Origin: Candidatus Aenigmatarchaeota archaeon
Lineage (GTDB): Archaea > Aenigmatarchaeota > Aenigmatarchaeia > Aenigmatarchaeales > Aenigmatarchaeaceae
Assembly: GCA_021163145.1 (NCBI GenBank)
Contig: JAGGXH010000064.1
Span: forward strand, 2,197-66,196
Direction of reading: 5' to 3'
DNA: 64,000 nucleotides
Both the position numbers and the translations under genes were made by a program. Shown piece by piece: positions 40,505 through 51,258 of the stretch. The notes beneath the pieces are model-generated. The model did not search any database and had not been told where the DNA came from. It worked only from the letters and a program-made list of their open reading frames with translations. Within the stretch, counting starts at the first letter, position 1; every line of letters starts with the position of its first letter.

Positions 40505-41260
40505 TTAAGCTATTTTTCTAGGTTCTTCTCTTTTCAAAGCAGCGATGCTACAGACAAGCCTGCCCACTGGTTTACTTGCATATATATTGGGGCAAATTTT
40601 ATCCTTGTCCCAGGCTAGCATAATAAAAGCTATCTTCGTTGGAATTAATATAGCTGGTTCAACTTGTACAGTATTTAAATCATTATCAGTTAGTTTAAGA
40701 CCAATTTTTGATTGTTCAACTAGTTTCTGTAAAACCTCTGAATCAAATTGGTGATAATCATTCATTATAGCTCTATATCGATCATCAGAATATATTAATT
40801 CAACTGCTTCTTGTGTTTTAAGATGTCTTACAGGAAAATCTAAACCAAACTCATCAGGTATTTTCTGATAAACCAATTCTTGGATTATTCTATCTGTTCC
40901 TGCTATAAAGTTTTTATCGCGACCATCTCTAAAATCTTTAGGAACATCACCATTATGCATTAAAAATGCATAATCATTTTCTTCAAGATCTTTCTTTAAT
41001 CTATTTCCATCAATAAAAGTTAATACTTGATCAACTTCTTCTTCTAATCTTTTTCTTGATTTAGAAAAACTAGGATAAAAATTAACAAATCCATTATAAA
41101 CATCTTTATCTGAATTATAAACACCTGCTTCTTTCAAATGATCTAGTGCTTTATAATCATCAGTAGGGTGAACTTCTATAGCTTTCCCAGTAAACCAAAA
41201 TTTTCCATCTTTTATTTCTAATTTGGGTTCAGGCATTACTATTGTATATTTCTTGTTCAT
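40505..41260 (-). CDS. hypothetical protein (divergent from mre11)
   Basis: No confident motif match. Confidence 0.35.
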   Translation of the reverse strand: MNKKYTIVMPEPKLEIKDGKFWFTGKAIEVHPTDDYKALDHLKEAGVYNSDKDVYNGFVNFYPSFSKSRKRLEEEVDQVLTFIDGNRLKKDLEENDYAFLMHNGDVPKDFRDGRDKNFIAGTDRIIQELVYQKIPDEFGLDFPVRHLKTQEAVELIYSDDRYRAIMNDYHQFDSEVLQKLVEQSKIGLKLTDNDLNTVQVEPAILIPTKIAFIMLAWDKDKICPNIYASKPVGRLVCSIAALKREEPRKIA

Positions 41261-41361
41261 TAATTAACACCTTATTATTATTTACTACCGAAAAATATTT
41301 AAACACAGCTTTTTCACTAGAATGCGACAATCTTATTAATTTTAGCATTACATATCATTAT

Positions 41362-42570
41362 ATGCAAATTTCTATATTTTCAGATACTCATTGTGGATTT
41401 GGATATGGTACAGAGCGAGAAGAAGATTCATTTATTGCGTTAGAAGAAGCAATAGAAAAATCATTAGATTCAGATCTAATATTAATTGCTGGTGATGTTT
41501 TTGATACAAAAATACCTAAACCAGAAATATTTGCAAGAACAGCAAGGATATTGTCAAGAGCACAACATATTCCATCAAAAACAAGATTAATTGAAATAAT
41601 AAATAAAGATAAAAAACAAATATCTCCTCTTGCATTAAGAGGAATACCTATTGTATCTATACATGGTACACATGAAAGAAGATCTCCTTATAATATAAAC
41701 CCAATACAACAATTAGAACATACAGGATTATTAATTCATTTAGATAGATCTACTGTAGTATTTGAGATTGATAATCATAAAGTTGCTGTTCATGGAATGT
41801 CTGGTGTTCCAGAACAATATGCTAAAAAATATTTAGAAGAATGGAATCCTCAACCAATTAAAGATGCAATAAATATTTTAATGATTCATCAATCTATAAC
41901 ACCATATATTTATTCTCCTAAAGATCCTCCTTCATTACATATAGATGACTTGCCAGATGGATTTGATTTATATGTTTTAGGTCATATTCATTGGCATGAA
42001 TTAAGACCATTTAAATCTGGAAATTTGTTGTTAACAGGATCAACTATTTCAACTTCTTCACATAAAAGAGAAGCTGAGTCTGAAAAATACATATTCAAAT
42101 TAGACAAAGATCATTTGAGAAAAATTCCATTAGAAAAACAAAGAAAAATAATAATAGAGGAATTTAAAATAGAAGGTGATATAAAAACTAAGATTGATAA
42201 CTTTTTAGCTACACTAGCAAAACAGCCTATAAAACCAGTTGTTATTATTAAAATTACTGGTAAAGCTCCTAAGCATGTTACATTACCAAATCTAAATTAT
42301 CTTGTTGAAAAATACAAAGATAAGTTAATAGTAAATATAAAAAAGGATTATGAAATAGAAGGTTTTGAAGAACAAGTTGAAATGTTGAGAAAATTAAGAG
42401 AAAGAAAACTTTCTCCTAAAGAACATGGATTAGAAATATTAAAACAAAAATTAGCTGAAGTAGGTTTATCAATAAATATTGATGATATTTTTGATGTATT
42501 AGCTGAAGGAGATTCAGAAATGGCTTTCAATATATTAACTGGTAAGCAAAAAACTTTGGTGAATATATGA
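41362..42570 (+). CDS. mre11: Mre11 DNA double-strand-break repair nuclease (start revised from listed 41242 to internal ATG 41362)
   Basis: Phosphoesterase motifs MQISIFSDTHCG, ILIAGDVFD, HGTHE, GHIHWHE; the listed N-terminal 40 aa overlap the divergent gene and lack homology. Confidence 0.8.
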   Translation: MQISIFSDTHCGFGYGTEREEDSFIALEEAIEKSLDSDLILIAGDVFDTKIPKPEIFARTARILSRAQHIPSKTRLIEIINKDKKQISPLALRGIPIVSIHGTHERRSPYNINPIQQLEHTGLLIHLDRSTVVFEIDNHKVAVHGMSGVPEQYAKKYLEEWNPQPIKDAINILMIHQSITPYIYSPKDPPSLHIDDLPDGFDLYVLGHIHWHELRPFKSGNLLLTGSTISTSSHKREAESEKYIFKLDKDHLRKIPLEKQRKIIIEEFKIEGDIKTKIDNFLATLAKQPIKPVVIIKITGKAPKHVTLPNLNYLVEKYKDKLIVNIKKDYEIEGFEEQVEMLRKLRERKLSPKEHGLEILKQKLAEVGLSINIDDIFDVLAEGDSEMAFNILTGKQKTLVNI

Positions 42571-44915
42571 TAACATCATTAAAATTAAAGAATTGGAGAT
42601 CTCATTTAGACACATCTCTAAAATTTGGAAAAGGAACAAATTGTTTTATAGGAAACATTGGAACTGGAAAATCTTCAATCTTATCTGCATTATGTTTTGG
42701 TTTATTTGGAACATTTCCAGAGCTTCAAAGTAAAAAAGTAAAACTAGAAGACTTAATAATGAAGAAGCCTGAGCAAAAGCAAAAAGCTGAAATAGAAGTT
42801 GGTTTTGAATTAAATGGAGACAAATACTTAGTAAAAAGAACAATTACTCCAGGAAAAACAACTGCAGAATTAAGAAAAAATAATGAATTAATAGAATCAC
42901 AAACAAGTAAAGTTACTTCTGAAATAGAAAACATCTTAAAAGTAGATTATGATTTATTTACAAGAGCTATTTATTCTGAACAAAATAATTTAGATATGTT
43001 TCTTACAATTCCAAAAGGACAAAGGATGAAAAAAATGGATCAATTATTGGCAATTGATAAATTTGAAAAAGCAAGAGCAACAGTTGGTCAAGTTAAAAAT
43101 AGATTATCTATTTTAATTAATGAAAAATATCAATTAATTAAAAACATTGAGCAAAGTGAAAATATAGAAAAATTAAATGTTCTAAAACATGAGATACATC
43201 AATTGAAAGAACAAGAACAAAAAATGATAGAAAAATTAGAATTAGTTATAAAAAGAAAAACAATAACTGCTCAGAAAATAGATGAATTAAAAGTTAAAGA
43301 AGAAAAACTTAATCAAGTAAATGTTAAAATTGAGACAAATAGAAATTTAATATCAAATTTATCAAAAGATATAGAAAAATTAAAAGAAGAACTAATGGAG
43401 CATGCTGAAAAAACAACTGATGATTTAAAAATGCATTTACAAATGTTATTAGAAGAAACAAATAAATTAAAAGAAAATAAAAAAGAAGAAGAAGAAAATT
43501 TAGAAGTTTTGACAGGATCACATAGTAAAGAAGAATTAAAAATAAAAATATTAGAAGAAGAGACCATACCAAAATTAAAAGAACAAGTAAAGGAATTTGA
43601 GAAAATACAGAAAGATTTGAAAAAACTCCCAACATTAAAAAAGAAATTAAAAGAAAAGGAAAAATTATATGATACTCAGAGAAAATTAATTGAAAAAAAT
43701 GATGCTAAAATAACTGAATTAACAGAAAGCATAGAAGAAATAAAGAAAGCAGGTTCATCTTGTCCAATATGCGATAGCAAGTTAGATGCAAAGAAGAAAT
43801 TATCTTTACTAGCTAAAAAAAGAAATCTAATAAAAAAATTAAAAGAAGAAATGAAAAAAATTAATCTAAACTCAATAAAAACTTATATTGATAAATATAA
43901 TTCAGAAATAAGAGAACTTGAATTACTTGAACAAAAAGTTAGTAATATAAAAAATTCAAAAAAAGAGCTTCTAAATGCAGAAAAACAATTAAAAGAAATA
44001 AAGGCTCAATCTTCATTTTATTTGAGAAAGAAGAAAATGTTTGAAAAAAATATAGAATTAATTCAAAAGAAAATTGATGAATTTTTGATTGAACAAGAAA
44101 GAACAAGACAATTGATTTCTAAAAGAATTGATATTGAAGAAAAAATCGAAAAACAAAAAAATCTTGTTAAAGAAATAGAACTTCTTAGAGAACAAAAATT
44201 ACAATTACAACAAATGTTCACACCATCTATGATAGAAACATTAAGGCAAGAATATAGAGATTTGATTGCAACTGAAAGAGAACTAAAAACAAGAATTGAA
44301 ACAAATAAAACAATAATTGAACAAAAATCATCTATTGTAGCTGAATTAGAAAGAACAAAGCAAATAATAGAAAAATATAAAGATGAGATAAATTACCTTG
44401 AGAACTTATCATCACAATTAGCTATACTAAAAGATGCATTAGTATTTACACAAGAACAATTAAGAATAAACTTTATAGATGCAGTAAATCAAGCAATGCA
44501 AACAATATGGAACAATATTTATCCATATAATGATTATACAAGTATAAAATTAGAGATTGAAAATGGAGATTATGTTTTAAAGCTTCAAGATATAAATGGA
44601 TGGGTAAATGCAGATGGAATTGTTTCAGGTGGTGAGAGAACAATTGCTTGCCTTGCATTAAGAATAGCATTTTCATTGGTTTTAGTTCCAACATTAAGAC
44701 TATTAATACTTGATGAGCCAACAGCTAATTTAGATGCAAATGGGGTTAAGACATTAGCAGAGGTTCTTAAAAACAATGTTGATAATATTGTTGATCAAGT
44801 ATTCTTAATTACTCACAATCCTGAAATGGAAGCAGCTGTTAGTGGTAATTTGTATAAATTAGAAAGAGATAAAAATAACAACGGCTTTAGTATAGTTAAT
44901 TTATATAATGAATAA
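42567..44915 (+). CDS. rad50: Rad50 SMC-like ATPase
   Basis: Walker A GNIGTGKSS, long coiled coil with zinc-hook CPICDSK, signature SGGERTIACLALRIAFS, Walker B LLILDEPTANLD; ATGA overlap with mre11. Confidence 0.85.
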   Translation: MITSLKLKNWRSHLDTSLKFGKGTNCFIGNIGTGKSSILSALCFGLFGTFPELQSKKVKLEDLIMKKPEQKQKAEIEVGFELNGDKYLVKRTITPGKTTAELRKNNELIESQTSKVTSEIENILKVDYDLFTRAIYSEQNNLDMFLTIPKGQRMKKMDQLLAIDKFEKARATVGQVKNRLSILINEKYQLIKNIEQSENIEKLNVLKHEIHQLKEQEQKMIEKLELVIKRKTITAQKIDELKVKEEKLNQVNVKIETNRNLISNLSKDIEKLKEELMEHAEKTTDDLKMHLQMLLEETNKLKENKKEEEENLEVLTGSHSKEELKIKILEEETIPKLKEQVKEFEKIQKDLKKLPTLKKKLKEKEKLYDTQRKLIEKNDAKITELTESIEEIKKAGSSCPICDSKLDAKKKLSLLAKKRNLIKKLKEEMKKINLNSIKTYIDKYNSEIRELELLEQKVSNIKNSKKELLNAEKQLKEIKAQSSFYLRKKKMFEKNIELIQKKIDEFLIEQERTRQLISKRIDIEEKIEKQKNLVKEIELLREQKLQLQQMFTPSMIETLRQEYRDLIATERELKTRIETNKTIIEQKSSIVAELERTKQIIEKYKDEINYLENLSSQLAILKDALVFTQEQLRINFIDAVNQAMQTIWNNIYPYNDYTSIKLEIENGDYVLKLQDINGWVNADGIVSGGERTIACLALRIAFSLVLVPTLRLLILDEPTANLDANGVKTLAEVLKNNVDNIVDQVFLITHNPEMEAAVSGNLYKLERDKNNNGFSIVNLYNE

Positions 44916-45305
44916 GTTAAAATTTTTCTAAATATTTATTCATAGGATGATTATCAGATATATTATAATCTATTCTTTTTGAATTATATTTTATATTAAG
45001 TTCCTTTTGTATTAGTTTATCAGCTGGATGTATTGGATCTATCATTGTTCTCACCATTAGCGAAATATTACATAAAGTGGAATATTTCTCTTTCTAAGCT
45101 CTTTTCTAATTGAGTCATATGCTCCTTTAACAAATTCCATACCACTGTACATTGCATATAATTCTGCTTTGTCACTGTCCATATCTTTCACCTCTTAACT
45201 CACTATCAAGAGTAATATATATAATATTAACCTTTTTAAAGCTTTCGATTTTTATGATTTCTCTAAGATTTAGTATTTACTTACCCTAAAGAATGTTAGA
45301 TAATT

Positions 45306-45491
45306 TTAAATATAACCAGTAATTTTACTATATTTTTTAGCAGCTTCTTTAGTAAAAATTGTTATTCTACCTTTACCAACACATATTTGTCCTATATATT
45401 CGCCCCTCGCATCTTCTTTAGCTTGATTTAAAACATTTCTATTATTTGTTTTATAAACATATGGTTTTTCTAAATAAGTTATATCTTCCAT
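45306..45491 (-). CDS. small hypothetical protein
   Basis: Preceded by ggtggtga RBS-like sequence; no motifs. Confidence 0.3.
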   Translation of the reverse strand: MEDITYLEKPYVYKTNNRNVLNQAKEDARGEYIGQICVGKGRITIFTKEAAKKYSKITGYI

Positions 45492-45899
45492 TAAATCACC
45501 ACCTTATGCATATTCTAACATTCCAGGTCCCCAAGGAGATTTATAACTAGCTGCTTCTTCTTGTAATTTTCTCAATTCAGCAGCTTTCCTTTTTTCTTGC
45601 ATTTCTTCAATTTGTCTATATAATTCACCTACTATACTTGACATATAATTATCACCTCTTTACTACCTAATAGTAATATGTCATTACTAGTATTTAAATC
45701 TATCGGTTTTTAATCACTTATAAGTGAAAACATATAATTTATTAAAGAAACCCAATAACAAATATTTATGCTAGAACAGATTTTAAGTATATTTATAATA
45801 ATAATCTTAATTATTCTTGGATTTAAATTATTGAAAAATATTTTACATGTTATTATTTTAGTAATTATTATAGCAATTATTCTTTATTATTTTGGATGG

Positions 45900-46865
45900 T
45901 TAATATAATTTCTTAATTTTTTTATTTAATTTTTTAGAAATAGTATTTAATATAAATTTTTCAACCTCTTCAATATTTTTGCTTTTTCCATTTGCAGATC
46001 CAGCTAAATCATGACCCCCACCACTTCCATCTATAATATGTCCAATCTCTTTAAATATCTCAGATAAGCTTATTCCAAGGTCTAATATCCTTTTTTTACC
46101 TCTAGAAGATATTCTAAGCTCATTTTTCTTTATTGCAAATACTATTGCTATGTCAACACCGTATTTAATGAATAATCTGCAAGAATAGGCTTCATGAGAA
46201 CCTATTTTTGAAAAAGAAATAAGTAAATCACCTATTTTATATAAATTGGAGTTTTTAATTGCTTTTAGGCCAGCTATAACCTCAGATACATCTTGTGGTG
46301 TTTCTAGCAACTTAAGAACATCAGAAAACATTACTCCAGTCTCCAGAAGCTCTAATATGACCTTAAATTGCTCCTTTTCTGCTAATTTAAGATGTGCAGT
46401 GTCAGCTACCATACCTGCTAAAATTATTTTAGCTATTTTCTTATTTATATTGATTTTTAATTTTTTAAGTAGAGCATAAATAAGTTCAGAACAAGATTTT
46501 TTGTTAGGATCTATTAAACTTATATTATTATTAACCAAATCTCCTTTAGGATGATGATCTATTATTATATCTGCTCTTAGATTTTTAATTGTTTTTAATT
46601 GTTCTGATACAGATGTATCTACCAATATAATATTTTTAAATTTTGAGCAATCAGGATCTATTAAAATATTATAATCATTAGCTATTTTTTTAGCAGGTCT
46701 TGATATTGACTCAGATACACCAATTGATACTGGTATTTTTAATTGCTTTAATCCAAGATACAAGGCAATTGCAGAACTTATTGCATCAATATCTGCATTA
46801 TGATGAGTTATTATTAGAGTTTTTTCATTACTAATTTTTTTGATTTTTTCAACTAATCTTTGCAT
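45900..46865 (-). CDS. DHH-family phosphoesterase (NrnA/RecJ-like, DHH + DHHA1)
   Basis: ITHHNADIDAISSA, IIIDHHP, C-terminal DGSGGGHDLAGSA (DHHA1 GGGH). Confidence 0.7.
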   Translation of the reverse strand: MQRLVEKIKKISNEKTLIITHHNADIDAISSAIALYLGLKQLKIPVSIGVSESISRPAKKIANDYNILIDPDCSKFKNIILVDTSVSEQLKTIKNLRADIIIDHHPKGDLVNNNISLIDPNKKSCSELIYALLKKLKININKKIAKIILAGMVADTAHLKLAEKEQFKVILELLETGVMFSDVLKLLETPQDVSEVIAGLKAIKNSNLYKIGDLLISFSKIGSHEAYSCRLFIKYGVDIAIVFAIKKNELRISSRGKKRILDLGISLSEIFKEIGHIIDGSGGGHDLAGSANGKSKNIEEVEKFILNTISKKLNKKIKKLY

Positions 46866-46992
46866 AATATTGCATATTCTTTATTCTTAATAAAATAATT
46901 TTTAACTCTATAACATGGGTTAAAAAACGATAAATTTAAATATATTAATTGCCAATTTTATTTTAAGTTTTTTAATTTAGGAGGTAAGAAAA

Positions 46993-47397
46993 ATGCATAT
47001 TAATGAACAATATATCATAGAAAATATACTAAAATCACTTAAAAAACAAGTAAATACCTTAGTTCCAGAAAAAATGTTAATTGAATATTTTATGAATAGA
47101 AATAATTATGATGATAATGGTAGAGTTATAGATGTATATAAAAATGAAGCAAAAGTTCTTATTGAAGCGTTTGATTTTAATATGTATAGAGGTTATAGAA
47201 CAAATGAAAATGGAGAAAAATATATTGGTAAACAATTAGGATTAATTTCAAATATTATATTTAATTCTGGCTTAAATGAAACTGAAATTATAAATAAGGC
47301 AATTGATGAAATTGAAAATTATTTAATTGAACTTGAAGAAAAAAATAAAGGGGATATGCTTTATTATCCACAAGGCGATGAAGTAGCTACGAACTAA
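46993..47397 (+). CDS. hypothetical protein
   Basis: No motifs. Confidence 0.3.
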   Translation: MHINEQYIIENILKSLKKQVNTLVPEKMLIEYFMNRNNYDDNGRVIDVYKNEAKVLIEAFDFNMYRGYRTNENGEKYIGKQLGLISNIIFNSGLNETEIINKAIDEIENYLIELEEKNKGDMLYYPQGDEVATN

Positions 47398-47753
47398 CCA
47401 GCACTAGGTTTTTCACTAGATTTTAAAAATTCTTGTAATTTTTCTTGTTGTGCTTCTATTCTTTCTTTTATTTGTTTTTCTTGATTTTCCAATGATTTTA
47501 ATCTTACATTTATTGTTTCTTGCCTTTCTTTTAATTCTTTTATCAAATCTTTATTGTTTGTTTTTATTAAAATTGGTCCAACAGCTTTGTAAACATCATC
47601 TGTTTTAGATTTTTCAAGTTCTTCTAATGCTTTTTCAATTTCCATTTTTTGTACATTTAGAGCATCTCTTTGCATTATTATTCCTTGAATTTGTTGTTGA
47701 CTTGCTTGTAATGTCATTAATGCTTGTTGTGCTTCTGGGGACATTTGTGTCAT
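47394..47753 (-). CDS. pfdB: prefoldin subunit beta
   Basis: Coiled-coil/beta-hairpin/coiled-coil; conserved position after pcc1. Confidence 0.75.
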   Translation of the reverse strand: MTQMSPEAQQALMTLQASQQQIQGIIMQRDALNVQKMEIEKALEELEKSKTDDVYKAVGPILIKTNNKDLIKELKERQETINVRLKSLENQEKQIKERIEAQQEKLQEFLKSSEKPSAG

Positions 47754-47755
47754 AT

Positions 47756-47977
47756 TTATTCAACCTCCTGAATTTCGATTGATGTTCTTATTAATTTCAA
47801 ATATGAATTTATGCCAGCTAATAATCCTGATATTTCAGGTGATTTTATTTCTATAATTATTTTATCTTTGTCATTATTAATATTAACATCAAATTTTTGA
47901 TTTTGATCAATGTCTGGTTTAATAGACTTTATTATAATATCTGGATTTTTACATTCTATTTCTATAAATGCTCTCAT
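47756..47977 (-). CDS. pcc1: KEOPS complex subunit Pcc1
   Basis: ~73 aa, conserved rpl37ae-rpoP-pcc1-pfdB context; weak sequence signal. Confidence 0.5.
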   Translation of the reverse strand: MRAFIEIECKNPDIIIKSIKPDIDQNQKFDVNINNDKDKIIIEIKSPEISGLLAGINSYLKLIRTSIEIQEVE

Positions 47978-48108
47978 TTTGATTCTACTCTTACTATTTT
48001 TTTACCAGGTATTTTAGTTATAACCCTATATCCACAATGAGGACATCTTATTTTTTCTTTTACATCTTCATCTTTAATCAATTCTTTACATTGTAAGCAT
48101 TTATACAT
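47974..48108 (-). CDS. rpoP: RNA polymerase subunit P (Rpo12), 44 aa, not in ORF track
   Basis: MYKCLQCKELIKDEDVKEKIRCPHCGYRVITKIPGKKIVRVESK* read from the DNA; CxxC...CxxCG zinc ribbon; ATGA overlap with pcc1. Confidence 0.7.
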   Translation of the reverse strand: MYKCLQCKELIKDEDVKEKIRCPHCGYRVITKIPGKKIVRVESK

Positions 48109-48342
48109 TTATTCACCTTTAGCAATATTTGATCTAGGAAAATATGCACCACCAGCAAATTTAACCCCACATTTTTTACATTTCCATATTCCTGCACAAA
48201 CTCTTTTTAATGTGTGCCTTTCACAATAAGGGCATATTTGCTTTTGCTTTTGTTTTTCTTCTATTGCAGCAATTATCTTTTTTGTTCTTCTTCCATATCT
48301 TGGACCATATCTTCCTACAGTTTGTTTTTTCTTACTAGTCAT
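48109..48342 (-). CDS. rpl37ae: 50S ribosomal protein L37ae
   Basis: GRYGPRYG...CPYC...CKKCG zinc ribbon. Confidence 0.9.
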   Translation of the reverse strand: MTSKKKQTVGRYGPRYGRRTKKIIAAIEEKQKQKQICPYCERHTLKRVCAGIWKCKKCGVKFAGGAYFPRSNIAKGE

Positions 48343-48373
48343 ATTAATCAGTTTATATATATATTTATAAAGC

Positions 48374-49150
48374 TTATAAAATTTTCCTTAATTCTTTTCC
48401 ATATTTTATTGCAAAATCAACTGCTTTTTTAATCTCATCTAATGTAAAATATCCTTCTCCTCCTTTTTGAACAGCACAAATATCTCCATTATTATTTGTT
48501 GTTATTGTTAAACGTGCATCTAATGAATCCCATTCATCTGCAGTTGTATCTAACATAAGTGTGTTACTTATTTTTACTGTTGTTATTGATATTGGTTTAT
48601 CTACTACTGGCACATTTCCAATTTTCTCATCTAAAATTATCTTTCCATCTTCAACTTTAGGCAATTTTGCATCTATTAAAGCAGCAATAGCTGCAAGTCC
48701 TGCTGCATCAATTAAATTACCATCGTGATTTAGTATATGAATATCAATATTTATCATGTAAACTTGCTCACCTTCTTTAATAACTAATTTATTTAATTCT
48801 ATACAATGACTTTCTCTTATTCCCCGATCTACAATTCTTGCTAATTCTATTGCATCTGGTCCTGGTGGACCTGGTTCAAATTCAGGAGATGCAACAGGTG
48901 ATAATTCTGCACCAACCATTAATATACCTTCGTCTGGAGTATCTGGAAATGGTTCTCCTATACCAATTTTTACTCCTGCCAATACAACAGTATTACCAAT
49001 TGTAACTTTTGCTGAGCCTTCTGCAGATTTTATCACATCTTTTTCGATTTTAATTTCCCTAAATTCATCTAATTTTCTTCCATCTACTCTTATTTGATCT
49101 TCAGCCATTTTCTTAACATAACTTTTATTTCTCAGTAACATTTTCTTCAC
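48374..49150 (-). CDS. rrp42: exosome complex component Rrp42
   Basis: RNase PH-like fold without the full catalytic motif; third gene of the rrp4-rrp41-rrp42 order. Confidence 0.8.
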   Translation of the reverse strand: MKKMLLRNKSYVKKMAEDQIRVDGRKLDEFREIKIEKDVIKSAEGSAKVTIGNTVVLAGVKIGIGEPFPDTPDEGILMVGAELSPVASPEFEPGPPGPDAIELARIVDRGIRESHCIELNKLVIKEGEQVYMINIDIHILNHDGNLIDAAGLAAIAALIDAKLPKVEDGKIILDEKIGNVPVVDKPISITTVKISNTLMLDTTADEWDSLDARLTITTNNNGDICAVQKGGEGYFTLDEIKKAVDFAIKYGKELRKIL

Positions 49151-49871
49151 CTATTATACCATATTTTTCTTTTAATGCTCTTTTTTGTTCATCATATATC
49201 TTATAACAACCTTGTCTTCCCATTTCAAGTATTTTGAAAAATTCTTCTTTTGTTACAATACCATCCATTTGCAATAACACAAATTTATCTGTTTTTCCAA
49301 TTACAGCCATTGCACAATCAACTTCTCCATAATTATCTTCTAAACCAAAAACATCTAATACTAATTTTCCATCAACTTTTCCAACAGCACAACTACTAAT
49401 AAGATCTCTCATTTCAATACCAGCATCTGCTAATGCTAAGGATGCAGCATTTATTCCAGCACATCTTGTTGATGCATCTGCTTGCAATATTTCAATAAAA
49501 ACATCAATTGCTGTTTTTGGCGAACTACTAAGATAAACAACAGAAGAAAATGCTTCTGTTATAACTTTAGATAGTTCAGTACTTCTTCTACTATGTCCAG
49601 GTCTTGCTCTTTCTTTTGTAGAAAATGGTAACAAAGAATATTTACATCTTAACACTGTTCTTGTTGGGTCTTGTAAATATCTTGGATGCATTATTTTTGG
49701 ACCATATGCTGCTGCTTGTGCTTTTGTATTTCCAAATGCAAATATAGCTGAGCCTTGTGCTCGTTTTAGATTTCCAACATCAATCATAATTGGTCTCATT
49801 TCATCTAATTTTCTTCCATCTAATCTTTTATTATCAACAATTAATTTCTCTGGTGCTCCTACCTTACTCAT
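49125..49871 (-). CDS. rrp41: exosome complex exonuclease Rrp41
   Basis: RNase PH motifs DGRKLDEMRP, GSAIFAFGNTK, RRSTE. Confidence 0.85.
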   Translation of the reverse strand: MSKVGAPEKLIVDNKRLDGRKLDEMRPIMIDVGNLKRAQGSAIFAFGNTKAQAAAYGPKIMHPRYLQDPTRTVLRCKYSLLPFSTKERARPGHSRRSTELSKVITEAFSSVVYLSSSPKTAIDVFIEILQADASTRCAGINAASLALADAGIEMRDLISSCAVGKVDGKLVLDVFGLEDNYGEVDCAMAVIGKTDKFVLLQMDGIVTKEEFFKILEMGRQGCYKIYDEQKRALKEKYGIIGEENVTEK

Positions 49872-50550
49872 TTAAATCTCCCTCCAGTAACTTTGTAACT
49901 TTATCTGTAAGACCTTCTATATGTGCTTCACTTTCAATTAATTTAATTGCTTTAGATGCAAGACTCTCTTTTTCACCCTTTATCCATACAACACCATTTT
50001 GTCCAACAACTATTTGGCAATTTGTTTTTGTTTTAATAAGTTCTATCATAGAACCCATCTTACCAATTAATCTAGGAACTTTTGATGGTGTAATAGTCAT
50101 AATTTTTCCACTTATTAATTTTTTTGTTTTTCTATCTTTCATAGTTAATGCAATGTGCTTTGATTTTGTTACAGATAAAATTTTTGCATATATTATATCT
50201 CCTATATCATAATAAGAAGATAGATCTCTTCTTCTGGTATCAATAAAATCATTTGATGCTTCTGATATTAATAATATAGCATCATATGGACTATTGATAT
50301 CAACTATCCACATATTTGGTTGAAGATCAGTTATCACACCGATTATACCATCTCCTTGACGTGGAGAATATACACCAGCTAATGGTATTATAGATATATA
50401 TCTTTCCTTTAATTTAACTAGTCCCAATAATTTTGATTTTATTTCATCTTTTTCTCTATAACATCCATTACCAGGTAAATAATCTAAACCTGTAGCTAAT
50501 ACATCTCCAGGAGTAACAAGTTGCCTATCTTTAACTAATAATTCACTCAT
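49864..50550 (-). CDS. rrp4: exosome RNA-binding subunit Rrp4 (S1 + KH)
   Basis: N-terminal domain, S1 (GDGIIGVITD), C-terminal KH (GQNGVVWIKGE). Confidence 0.75.
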   Translation of the reverse strand: MSELLVKDRQLVTPGDVLATGLDYLPGNGCYREKDEIKSKLLGLVKLKERYISIIPLAGVYSPRQGDGIIGVITDLQPNMWIVDINSPYDAILLISEASNDFIDTRRRDLSSYYDIGDIIYAKILSVTKSKHIALTMKDRKTKKLISGKIMTITPSKVPRLIGKMGSMIELIKTKTNCQIVVGQNGVVWIKGEKESLASKAIKLIESEAHIEGLTDKVTKLLEGDLNE

Positions 50551-51245
50551 TTAACCACCTTAATTTCATTATCACCATGTGTAATTGTATTTATTTTATC
50601 AACAAGAGATTTTTGCGAACCAGCATCAATTTCAATTATACATGAATAACTTCCATCAGAATTCCATTGTTCATGTATAATCTTTCCATAAGTTCTTACT
50701 ATATTAGAAATTTTTCCAGAAAATCTTGGTGCAACCATAATAGAAAGCTTCATTTTTTCAATCTTTATTGGCATTATTGATTGAATAGATTTTATTACAT
50801 TTTCAACTTGTGATTCAGCACTTGTATTTATATCTACTTTTACTTTAGCTTCTTCCATTGCTCTTAATACTCTTTCAATTGGATTAGGTAATCCTGTTTG
50901 AGGATTTATACCTCTTTTAGAAATTATAGTTGCAATTTGTTTCTTTTTATTTTCTAACATCTCATGTCTTTGTTCTGTTGTTAATTGTACATCACCTTTC
51001 AGAATAATAATTTTACATATTTCTTCAATGTTATTTGTACCAAATGCTTTGTTTAAATCTTCTTCAGATACTCTTTTTCCTTTTCTCGAATCTTCATATA
51101 CTTCTCTAGAAGCAATAAGATCATCAATTGGAATATCTTTTCCACTTCTAAACATAAAAGCTTTTTCTGGATCAACAAGAATTTCAAATTTTTTTCCATT
51201 CCTATTTATTCTAGCTACTACAGCTTTTTCTACTGAAATTACCAT
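50547..51245 (-). CDS. sdo1: SBDS/Sdo1 ribosome maturation protein
   Basis: FYSH N-domain (ARINRNGKKFEILVDPEKA) and C-terminal domain; conserved position after psmA. Confidence 0.85.
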   Translation of the reverse strand: MVISVEKAVVARINRNGKKFEILVDPEKAFMFRSGKDIPIDDLIASREVYEDSRKGKRVSEEDLNKAFGTNNIEEICKIIILKGDVQLTTEQRHEMLENKKKQIATIISKRGINPQTGLPNPIERVLRAMEEAKVKVDINTSAESQVENVIKSIQSIMPIKIEKMKLSIMVAPRFSGKISNIVRTYGKIIHEQWNSDGSYSCIIEIDAGSQKSLVDKINTITHGDNEIKVVK

Positions 51246-51258
51246 AACAATCGTCCTT

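Noticed and set aside
41242-41361. Listed N-terminal 40 codons of the Mre11 ORF
   Set aside because: No homology to Mre11; overlaps the divergent upstream gene and its promoter region; conserved Mre11 motif I begins right after the internal ATG at 41362
45768-45908. 46-codon hydrophobic plus-strand ORF (MLEQILSIFIIIILIILGFKLL...) overlapping the 3' end of the DHH gene
   Set aside because: Could be a tiny membrane peptide but is indistinguishable from AT-rich noise without expression or conservation data
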